From the human T2T-CHM13v2.0 reference genome, Homo sapiens: DNA of 64,000 bases. Location: the NCBI RefSeq assembly GCF_009914755.1, contig NC_060945.1; one strand, given 5' to 3'. A program made the translations under genes and the position numbers. Numbering within the stretch: the stretch's first letter is position 1; each line of letters opens with the position of its first letter. The notes beneath the pieces are model-generated. The model was not told where the DNA came from. It saw only the letters and a program-made list of their open reading frames with translations, and did not search any database. This document shows, in pieces, positions 29,496 to 42,140 of this stretch.

Positions 29496-30559
29496 CTAAA
29501 ATCAATCTTGCTGAACTCAAATTAATTCTGTTGATTTCCCAAACCAGAGTCAGGGAATTTTGCTTTTCATTCACTGACACACATATATGACATGAACAGC
29601 AGAGCGGTCACGGGTGATATTAAAACACCACACACCTCTTCCGCCTCCATCTTGACCACCTTGCCACCTTCTCTGTCCATAAGCTCCCCAAGTGTTTTTT
29701 TTCCCTCTACTTTCCTATGTTCTGGACAATCTCCACCCTGATCTGTGCCCCAAGAGGCAGATGTGAAGACCCACAGTAACAAGGCTCCCTCGTCCTATGG
29801 CTTCCTGTTGGATGCAATAGCAGCCCCGCAGGAAACTGGAGGACTAGAGAAGATGACCAAGGATGGGACATGTCTCCCCACTCCATCCTCCCTGCTGGGC
29901 TTCATCCTCCTGGGTGAGGTCCCAGGTGCTGTCAAGCATCTTGTCTGGAGCAACGCCTCTCGCCACGTCTGGTACCTCTCTCCCTTCTGCTCCTTCAGCC
30001 CAGGGGAGGCAATGGCGCTCCACTCGTTAGTTCCCGGATGCTTCTTTCTCCAGGCACTGGTTCCCCCAACCCTGATCACACTTTAATCTCTTCACTTTAC
30101 TCCGTTTACTCCTTTTGTTCCCTGCCAGGATATGGATGTGACACACTCTTCATGTTCTTTTATCTGGGCCACAATAAACTCCGAGTCAAAGTAATAATCC
30201 TTTTTTGGTGCTGACTCTTTGGTTCTACTCTTCATGGATATTTCTCAAGTTCTTATTTCTACAGACTACAAATAATTCTTCCCAGAACTGAAATGGGGGT
30301 ACCCCGTATCAAACTCTCAGGAAATTAATCTCAAAATATCCTACACTTTAGAAATCACATAGCGCAGTGGTTTTCAAATCCTACTGCTAAGAATCTAAGA
30401 GTACCTGGGGAACAACTACAGTCCCATAAACATTCAATTAATATCTCCATTTTACAATGTTATTTACAATTTTTATTTGGAAGTAATTTCAAATTCACAA
30501 AAACTAATGCCAAAAAAAATTCCTGTTATCTCTCTTTACCCAGACTTACCTACTATTAA

Positions 30560-31002
<443 letters not shown>

Positions 31003-31663
31003 TCAAATATCTCACCAGCGTATCATGGCTACACTAGTTCGCATTCACTGCTGATATTTTCAATGACCAAAACAAGGCTGGTTCACATTAACATCAAAAA
31101 ACATATAAACAAATTTTAAAAGGTTAAAATTATTTAACATTTTAATTATTTCAGAAATGAGGCCAACATTTTAGGTGTGCTGTCAACATACAAAAATAAT
31201 TCCAGCTCCTCTGAGACTGTCAGTGAATATCTGACTGCCACTAAGGTGCCAAATTGTCAAATGCAGCATAATGCATGAAAAGTGTTTTCTGTAAGACAAT
31301 GAAGATTTAAACAGACTGAATGGCTTTTTTATTATTTCTCTCCAAAATGAACAATTGCCAATCAAGGAAAGCAAAGAATTGCTCGATCTTAGCGATTTAA
31401 TTGTAAAACAAAAATATCTGACTCCTCTTATTTCAAGCTTCATATCAGTTTAATTAGAAAGTGTCTTCATGTTGCTAGGTGAACTACTTCAAAACCACCA
31501 TCTGCAACTCCTTATCTGTGGGATTGTGTCTTCTTGCGACTTCACAAGCAAAACTAAAAACAAACTGGATGCTGAAAGTGATCATCCAAGTACCTTCCAA
31601 AATCCCTGATACTAAATTTGTGTTTTCATCGCACCACCTTCATTGTACTTACTGATTTTATAA

Positions 31664-32550
<887 letters not shown>

Positions 32551-33647
32551 CGGTTTACATCTCTTGCAAACATAGCTGAGTCTTACTCGAACCTCCCTAA
32601 ACTTTTCCCAAACTCATGAAGTGACAATGGCCGAGCCAGAAGCTAAGCTGCTGGGCTGTGAATTGGAGTCTCTCTTCATTTCCCCAAGGGTTCACATAGT
32701 TTCCCACACCATCTGAGGAGGTGTTATTTACCAGGGACTCCTATGAGCCAGTCACAGTGGCACACACCTTACAGAGCTTATCTCATTTTAAGCTTTGCCA
32801 TAGCCTATGAGGTAAGCATTACTGTCCACATTTTGTAGACACTAATCAGCAGGCAGTATATAGATGATCCTGTATCTCCATACTCTCACTGCCGATCATA
32901 AATCATGACACTTTGTCCTGACTTAACCACCAAGACTAATCAAACGTCCCTTCCATTCCATCCATACAGCCACAGTCCCACACACTAATGGAACTCACGA
33001 CCTTCCTTGATGAATGCTCTAATTCATCTTCCACCCAATTCTTCAAACCTATCCTACACTCACCTATAAAAACCATTCTCCTAAAAAACGTCATTTTGAT
33101 CACTATTTTGATGGTTATTTCCATGTGGTAATTTCCAGTTGACTCTCATCTCAAATTAAAAACAATCTATGATTGTCTTCCATAAACTGTTCATTTTCCA
33201 TCCCTAATTCTGCTATACCCCCAATCCTTATTCCATACAGCAATCAAACACTAGCTGATGAACCTGCAATCGGTCCTGCTCAATCCCATGTGTGACTTTC
33301 ACATGCCACCGCCCTGGCCTAGAATATCTCCCCTTCTCCTCCTAACAAATCATGCCTCTCCCCAGTACCCATCAACTCCCTAAGACTCTCAGGCAACACC
33401 TTCGTCAGTATTATTGCAAACTGCCATTTACCTTGCCCAGTCCTCCCAAAGGGAGATGCTGGGCTAGAGTCAAAATCAAGCCCCATTCGCTACTTGATGT
33501 GTCACCTCAATCCTCTAGCTGGCTTACAAGTTACTGTATAGCCCAAGCCCATCCAAACAAAACTATATCCACACTCTAAAAGAAACTTCTCAAATCAGGT
33601 CTACTCCTTCCCTGCCTGTATTCATTCCTACCTTCAGGTTGCCTTTA

Positions 33648-34679
<1,032 letters not shown>

Positions 34680-34680
<1 letters not shown>

Positions 34681-34848
34681 GAAGAAAGAGAGAAAGAGAG
34701 ACACAGAGAGAGAGAGAGAGAGAAAAGGGAAAGGAAGGGAAGGGGAAGGGAAGGGAAGGGGAAGGGAAGGGAAGGGGAAGGGAAGGGGAGGGGAGGGGAG
34801 GGAAGGGAAGGGAGAAGGAAGGAAGAGAGAGAGAGAAAGAAAGAAGGG
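34680..34848 (+). repeat. Polypurine array (GA)n, (AAGGG/AAGGGG/AGGGG)n, (GA)n replacing an Alu tail
   Basis: About 165 nt with almost no pyrimidines. Confidence 0.93.
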
Positions 34849-34896
34849 CATGCAGAGACAGTAGGGTGCTCCCTCAAGACCGAATAATCAGCCAGG

Positions 34897-34952
34897 GAGA
34901 TAATGACAGACAAAATCAGGGGCCGAGATAATGACAGATAAAATCAGGGGCC
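34897..34952. repeat. 28-bp tandem duplication gagataatgacagayaaaatcaggggcc x2
   Basis: Copies 34897-34924 and 34925-34952, one mismatch. Confidence 0.9.
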
Positions 34953-36881
34953 CTGCACTCCCAACAGCTTATAAAGTAAAATGGAAATAAAACCATGTGT
35001 CTGAAGGAAGCATAGGGTACCATGACAACATTTCAAAGGAAGATTGATCATGTCGAGGTAGTCAGATTAGGCAGTGACTCTGAGCCGGGGCTGTGCCCAA
35101 TAATATAAAGCCTTTTAAGCCGTAGTATGGTTTTGCTTAGGTTTTTGGATGATAATGAGTCTGGGTGGGGTTTTTAGGTTTTTGCTCTTTATCCTAAAAA
35201 CAAAGAGAAGCGTCTGAAGACTTACGCAGGTGAATGGCATCATCAGATTGAACTGCCACAAACTACTCAGGCTACAGTGTGTCTGAGGGACTGGAGAGTG
35301 GCAGTGAGGAGACCGCCAGGAGGAGGCAGAACACAGCAGTGGAGACAGACGCAGGCTGATGATTCAGGATGCATCCATGAAGTAACACTCACAAGACTTA
35401 CTAGCGGACAGGTTTCATGCGGAGTAGTGAGGAAGAGAGACAGGTAACAAGGAAGACTCCTGGGTCTCTAGTCTGGGTGTTGGTGCTCTGGGGAGACTGA
35501 GGCAGGCCAGTGTAAGACAGGGGCAGGGAACAGATAGCATGAGGCAGATATGACAACAGGAAGTAAAAATCAGCTTGCACCGAGAAAGCAAAAGTCTGTC
35601 CTGACTTCTGTCAGGCTGGAATAACAAACACAGATAAAGTCAGGTGCCAAGTTAACAGAAAATATCTCTCAAAGACAATGCAACTGTAAAGTGTCATAAT
35701 GACCTCTTCTTTGAGTGACTGCTAACTTCTTATTCACTGAGAAGCCTTATTCTGTAAAATCCCAGACTCGCACAAATTTTGTTCTTTGAAATTATACAAG
35801 TAAGAAGATCCCACTCTTGCCTGCAGGATCTAAGTCACTGTGACACAGAAAAGAACCCTATTTCCAGCTACTGCAGAGCTTCAAGTAAGGGATTTCTAGA
35901 ACAATGTTCCACGTCTATTTGAACGTTGTAGTTTTCAAGGAAACGGGACCTGGGTCCGCTTCGCAGTCAGACTTAATATTGGTCCCTTTAGACACAGTTC
36001 TATTTTGCTTCATTTATGCTTCACCTAATACCACTCTGTCTCCAAGTCCTACAACAACTCTATCCTCTTTTTTGTTGACATGCCCCACAGTTTCTCGGTG
36101 TTCTGGTATGGTCTTCCTCACTGCAAAGAGCCATAAACCTCACTCTGTCAGACTGTGGGTCTGTTCCTGGCGACCTTAGACTGATTAGGCTAGGGCAGAC
36201 ATTTAGAATTTGAAATAATCATGAAACAAGCAGGAAGAAATGCCAAGTCGGAGTCAGGCACAAGGCCGTGAGCTTGGAGAGTTCTGGGCTAGAGAGTAAA
36301 TCCAGCAGCCACTGGCATCAAGACGGTAACTGAAGCTGTGAGTGTGCATGAGACTGCCTAGGGAGAAGCCATGGGGTGAGGCAATGAGCGGGGCCTAGGC
36401 CTGAGTCTCAAGCCCTATTGGAAGGCTGCAAAGCAGAGAAGGATAAATTTCAGCAAAGGGGAATAAGCAGGAATTGCCAGAGAGACTATGGGGAAAAAGG
36501 TGACTCTATAGCCTGGGAAAGGCCGGGACTATGAGATAAGATCTCCCAAAGGCAGACTGTGATCAAGTGACCACAGATTTGTTTGTGGCCCTCACTCGGT
36601 TTGATTTTGGCAGCGGGACTGATCACTAAAGACACTCATGTTAACTAACTCATGAGACCCTGATGTATTTTTTAGAATGCCAGTTTATTAATTTACAGTG
36701 AGAATATAACCAACCAGCAGGCTGCCATACGCTGCTACTGGTGTATGCCTATTTACCTTCCTTTCCTGAAGATAAATGCACAAGGAATGACTAATCTCAG
36801 AAAGTTGCTGGATGAGCATGAAATCAAAACTAGAGAAATTAGAAGTCAATGACCTGGCATTCTGGCAACCAATGACACGCC

Positions 36882-37320
36882 ATGTATCTGGCAGAGTCCC
36901 AGTGGGAAAGAGAAATCAACCCAGATGTTGAGACTTTTCTGAAGGGACCACTTACAGAGGGGAGAGCAGAGATAACAGAACCACCAAGGGACAGCGAGGT
37001 ACCCAGGGACTAGCAACAGCCCTACAGCCACAGGAGCAGGGGCAGTCCAGCAAGAGCTAGGACTACGGAAGAGGCCTCTAGACAGGAGTCTCTGTTGTGG
37101 AGGGATGCAGCTACTGCCACAAAACAGCAGCAAAGCAGGGAGGGAGCAGGAAGAAACACCCCAACCTCTCTCTCCACCCAGCAATGCCTTCCATTGGTGA
37201 GCCCCACTGGCAGCCAGCAAGGGAACCAGGAGAGCCCCATCTGTAGGGATCTACCTCCCAGAGCACACCACAGGGCAGAGAAGACTGGATCCAAGGACTT
37301 CGGAGAGAATATAAACAGGA
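36882..37320. mobile_element. Ancient ERVL-type LTR (LTR33-like)
   Basis: ccttccattggtgagccccactggcagccagcaagggaaccaggaga...cagggcagagaag resembles LTR33. Confidence 0.55.
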
Positions 37321-38129
37321 CAAGGTACGGTGGATGAGAACTGTCCCTTCTAACTGGATGTGGCTGGCCCACTGACCAGATACGTTTGCACATGCCAGAA
37401 ACTCATATTCTCGGGGTGAGCTATCTTCTTGTCTGGACAAGTGCTACAGCTACCTGGGCCCCCTGGATGCACCTTTTCTAGAGGGCACACAGGGAGGGAT
37501 AACAACCAAATGTCATGCAGTAAATTGGCCTTTACCGTCAAAGGCTGATTTAATCATGATTTGGCCTCAATCAAGCAAGTGCTGAGACAATCTCAGAGTA
37601 TGTCCAGGAACTTCAATAGGCTCCTAAACTGGTATTCAACATAACAGCTCAGCTCAAATCTCAAAAGTCTGAATGGACACCAGAAAGCCTAAACTTCAAT
37701 CAGTTCTAGATACTGGCTCACCCATCCACCTAAAGATAAGTGAACACACTTCCAGCTATCTCTACTGACAAGTAAACTCCATGCAAGGTTTCCATTTGGC
37801 AAGATCCTTAACTTACACAGTAAGTACTTAATTTTCAGAATAGAGCTTTTCAGTTATCAAAAGTATAAAATTCTTCTGCCAATGAAGAGAGAGAGAAAGA
37901 GAAGCTGTTAATAGATGCTCAGAAAACTGGCAACCAACTTATACCAACTTACATATGTCCAAGTCACTACACTGAGGAAACCTCCCTTTCTTAGGTCATC
38001 AGACTCTCCCAAATATCATCACAAGGACTGTAAGAGTACCTTAAAATTCGTTTACAATTATTTACCTAGGGTAAATCTGCTAGAACAAATTACTGTTACC
38101 ACCAATGACTGCTGAAAATGAAGACTCAC

Positions 38130-38280
38130 TTTTTTCTACAATCTTTAATTTCTGGAAGCTCTCCAGCACCTCCCCATTTAGTATTCTGGGTAAGAAGTCC
38201 CGTATTTGCATCACTTCAGTTGTCAGCCGTTCCAGATCCTTCTTTCTGACTTTAACAAATTCCTCTTTAGTTCCCATGTG
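38130..38280 (-). CDS. HSF2BP: HSF2BP coding exon, HMGTKEEFVKVRKKDLERLTTEVMQIRDFLPRILNGEVLESFQKLKIVEK
   Basis: Acceptor gttcttttag|CAC, donor A|GTGAGT, 151 nt; seen in ORF 38080..38277. Confidence 0.97.
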
Positions 38281-38512
38281 CTAAAAGAACAAGCAGATCT
38301 TATTATATTTCTCTTCACATGAGAAAAAAAACAACAGCTCAAGTTAACTTGCTTTTCTTTCACACCTCTTATGTGCATCGTTGTTTCAAATCATGTCTCT
38401 ACCTACTGTATATTCTGCTATAGATATATTTTATGTACATACAAACATTTTGAAAGCTGAAGCTTCAGCCTTCAAAAAGGGAGCCAGATGTTAAAAATAA
38501 TAAGGACAAACA

Positions 38513-38900
38513 GGCCAGGCATGGTGGCTCACACTTGAAATCCCAGGAATTTGGGAGGCCAGGAGTTCAAGACCAGTCTGAGCAACATGGAGAGACCCTG
38601 TCACTACAAAAATATGAAAACGTGCCCAGGAGGCCCGGCGCAGTGGCTCACGCCTGTAATCCCAGCACTTTGGGAGGCCGAGGCGGGTGGATCACCTGAG
38701 GTCAGGAGTTCAAGACCAGCCTGACCAGTATGGTGAAACTCCATCTCACTAAAAATACAAAAATTAGCCAGGTGTGGTGGCCGGCGCCTGTACGCAGCAG
38801 GCTGACACGGGAAGAAGGCTTGAGCTCAGGAGTTGGAGGCTGCAGTGAGCTATGATCGTGCCACTGCACTCCAGTCTGGGCAACAGAGCAAGACCACGAA
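38513..38900 (+). mobile_element. Alu left-arm fragment followed by a second Alu
   Basis: ggccaggcatggtggctcac at 38513 and ggcccggcgcagtggctcacg at ~38632. Confidence 0.85.
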
Positions 38901-39603
38901 AAAGAAAAGTCATACAAGAGCTCTATTCCTAAAAGTCAAAGAAAACGCCTGCAACTTTTTATCACTGCAGCACCAAACTAATCAGGAGGAAAAGGAAGTC
39001 ATCTGGTTTCCTACTGGGTTTGCCAAGCCCTCCGCCCGTGATCTCATCTACTATTCACCCCAAGCCTCCAAGATTGTCTAGATGGAAATTAAGGCACGGG
39101 AGCTAGATGACTCTCAATGCAGCACAATTAATAACGGGTGGAAGCAGGATGTGAACACGGATCTGGCCCCAGTCCAAGCGCCTTCTCCATCGCATGCAAT
39201 CAGTTACAGTTATAAAATCGATGGAGGGCAGATTCTCTCTAAGCCTGACGCTAAGTCCCGAAGCAGGGGGCCAGGGCCTTCGGAGGGGAACTGGGCTTCC
39301 ACGGAGCAGAGAAGAGAGTGACCATCCATCCCACGCTCCCATGCCCGCTTTGGCGCCACTGAGTGCCCCCACCACGCGCAGCCTCACAGACCGGGTCCCC
39401 GCGTGGGTTTGGAGGCGAAGTCGCCTCCCGCCCCAGGTCTCCACCCCGCTCCGGCCCAGCCCACGCCGTTAGGGGAGGAAGTCTCCAGGCTTCCCCCAAG
39501 CACGCGACAGCGAGCCGTCTCCGAGCGCACGGGGCGAGGCCCTGAGGGGAGCGAATGGCGACGGTTCAAACACGCTGGCGTCGGCCAGGGCTTCCTCACT
39601 AAC

Positions 39604-39639
39604 CCGGCAGGCCTCCTCAGCGGCGCCCGCTTCGCCCAT
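39604..39639 (-). CDS. HSF2BP: HSF2BP (MEILB2) first coding exon, CDS part, MGEAGAAEEACR
   Basis: ATG at 39639 (minus) in context gccATGG; 36 nt then donor CGG|GTTAGT; matches the remembered HSF2BP N-terminus and joins in phase 0 to the next exon. Confidence 0.95.
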
Positions 39640-39863
39640 GGCCGCTGCCGCCTCCGCTCCGTTCGCCTGAGCGTCGGCGCGCCCTCTGACCCCTCACGCC
39701 AGAAAGCGCGGGAACGAATCCACGCCGGGGGTCGGGAACGGAGAGCCGCCAGGCCCAAACCTCCCAGAATTTGCGCAGTATTCTCGGCCTAGAGAGCGAG
39801 GAGTGGCCTTGGCGAGGTCCCTCTTTGGCTCTTCTGGCTTAGCCGGGGTTTTAAACTTGTTAT
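39640..39863 (-). other. HSF2BP: HSF2BP 5' UTR part of the first coding exon
   Basis: Strong acceptor ctttccttctgctttgcag at 39864-39882 (minus); no upstream ATG between it and the start codon. Confidence 0.7.
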
Positions 39864-40558
39864 CTGCAAAGCAGAAGGAAAGTCAGCCCCTGATGTAAGT
39901 GTCAAGTAAAATAAATCGGATGGGTCCTTTCCTGTTTGGCGAGGAATGCTACACTAAGGGGGACTGCGTTCAAATGGGCAGTCTTTGCTGGAAACCTCGC
40001 CTCCGCGCGCCTTCCCTCGCTCGGATTCAGGCGCTTTTACGTTAAGGGTTGAATTTTTGTGTCAACAGGCACCTCGGGAGGTCGCCTAGACAACTGAGCG
40101 GAGCAACTGAGATAACCCCCGCTACGTGTGGAGTGACCTAGTCCATTAACTTGCCCCAGCACGCCCGCTGAGTCCGCAAAATATAGGATGGCCTCGGGTT
40201 TTAGATGAACCCAAAGCTAAGATTTCTTCCCTCTCTGGAATTAGCAAGCAGCCCGCCCTGCCCAACTCCCCTGGAAGCGCGCGTGCTCGCCAGGCCTCGG
40301 GACGCCTGCGCGGGCGCCCTTGCACTGGCACCAGGGCTCCGGGGTAGGGGCGCACCGATCTGCCCAAGCCTCTGCAGGCACTGGAGGAAGGCGAGCCCTC
40401 CACCCGCTCAACAGGCCCCAGTGCCGGCCTTTCCTTCCAGTCTCAACTCCACCCGGGGGCCCGGGGGCTCCACAGTTAAAAACTCCACGCCACGGAGATC
40501 GCAGGTAAGCTGCTGGCTCAACGAGGTGTGCTAAATGGGATTAAAGATCCTGGACCGT

Positions 40559-40867
40559 GGCCAGGCGCGGCGGCTCAAGCCTGTAATCCCAGCGATCAGG
40601 GAGGCCGCCGCGGGAGGATTGCTTGAGCCCAGGAGTTTGAGACCAGCTTGGGCAACATAGCGAGACACCGTCTCTACAAAAAAATAACAAATAGTGGGGC
40701 GTGATGGCGCGCGCCTGTAGTCTCAGCTACTTGGGCGGTCGAGATGGGAGGATCGATCGAGTCTGGGAGGTCGAGGCTGCAGTGAGCCAGGATCACCGCC
40801 AAGATCGCGCCACTGCATTCCAGCCTGGGCGACAGAGGGAGACCCTGTCTCAAAAACAAACAAAAAA
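40559..40867 (+). mobile_element. AluJ-type element inside the CpG island (HSF2BP intron 1)
   Basis: AluJ diagnostics (ggattgcttgagcccaggag, gaggtcgaggctgcagtgagcc); TSD aaagatcctggaccgt 40543-40558 and aaaaatcctagaccgt 40863-40878. Confidence 0.9.
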
Positions 40868-40928
40868 TCCTAGACCGTTTACAAACAGCCTTCCGTCTCT
40901 TCCTGGTCAAGTCCTAACCCTGGCTAAC

Positions 40929-41031
40929 CTCGCCGTCTACAGCCTGAATTTTGGCAACCGAAAGGCAGCGCCGGCGCCACGTGCACACGGGCTGGGCCGC
41001 TCCGCCAGCTGCCAGGGCCACTGCCGCGCTC
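40929..41031 (-). other. HSF2BP: Probable HSF2BP non-coding exon 1 (5' end approximate)
   Basis: Donor GAG|GTTAGC at 40929/40928 inside the CpG island, just upstream of the RRP1B 5' UTR; TSS position inferred. Confidence 0.6.
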
Positions 41032-41207
41032 ACTCCCAGAGCGCGCTGCGAGCCGCGGCGCCTTTGTGACGCCATCAGCCCGCGCGCCGCCGCCGCCGCC
41101 TTCTGTGCAGTCGCGGCCCGGGCGGACGGTGGCTGGCTGCTCCGCAGCGCTCGGCTGGCTGCAGCGGCACCGCGGGTTGCGCGGCCGGGGATGCTCCAGC
41201 GGGCGCG

Positions 41208-41337
41208 ATGGCCCCCGCCATGCAGCCGGCCGAGATCCAATTTGCCCAGCGGCTGGCGTCCAGCGAGAAGGGCATCCGGGACCGAGCGGTGAAGAAGCTG
41301 CGCCAGTACATCAGCGTGAAGACGCAGAGGGAGACAG
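41208..41337 (+). CDS. RRP1B: RRP1B exon 1 CDS, MAPAMQPAEIQFAQRLASSEKGIRDRAVKKLRQYISVKTQRET(G), start of Nop52 domain
   Basis: Kozak gcgATGG, donor CAG|GTGGGC, 130 nt; ORF 41208..41399 matches the remembered RRP1B N-terminus. Confidence 0.97.
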
Positions 41338-41824
41338 GTGGGCGCACGGCCGCGGTCAGCCGCGCCACATGGCGGGCCGGGGGCCGGGGCTGGGGCTAGG
41401 GCCAGGGCCCCGGCACGGAATGCGGCTTCCACGTGTTGTCGTGACACCCAGCGTGTGCTTCGGTTTCCGCGCTGCCGGAACCGCTTCTTGCTGTGTCTAG
41501 TGCCTTTTTACACTTAAGGAAACGGGTTGAGGGGGTTCCGTTACTTATGAAAGTCACAGTAAGCGGGGAAGCTGAGAAAAGACCCACATGGGTCCGATTC
41601 CCCAGCCGGCATCTCGAATCACTGGGCTGCCCTGATTTGCCCTGGTGTCCGGTCGGTGATTGCCGCCTTCCTTTGACCAGCACCTTTACGTGACGGGGCT
41701 GCAGGAGAGAAGACAGACAAAATCACTACCCTCGAGGATCTATTAGTAATAAAGCAAGGAGGCAAACAGGCAAATAAAGTAGACCTTGTGTAAGTGTAGT
41801 AAAGGAAATGAAAACCAGGTAGCA

Positions 41825-42140
<316 letters not shown>

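Larger units (their letters stand above)
39290..41700. promoter_or_regulatory. CpG island and bidirectional promoter shared by HSF2BP and RRP1B
   Basis: Very GC- and CpG-rich against AT-rich flanks; covers both first exons; ZNF143-like site 41033-41050, E-boxes CACGTG 40978-40983 and 41430-41435, E2F-like GCGCGGGAA 39706-39714, (GCC)5 41086-41100. Confidence 0.92.

Noticed and set aside
35600-36190. LTR-like segment within L2-derived sequence
   Set aside because: Looks repeat-derived, but I could not establish termini, TSD or family.
36846-37541. Cluster of 80-124 aa ORFs
   Set aside because: Overlaps an ancient LTR-like repeat; no recognisable protein features.
39082-41693. Many overlapping Arg/Ala/Pro-rich ORFs in the CpG island
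   Set aside because: Expected from stop-poor GC-rich DNA; only the HSF2BP and RRP1B starts and the 41191 uORF have a structural rationale.
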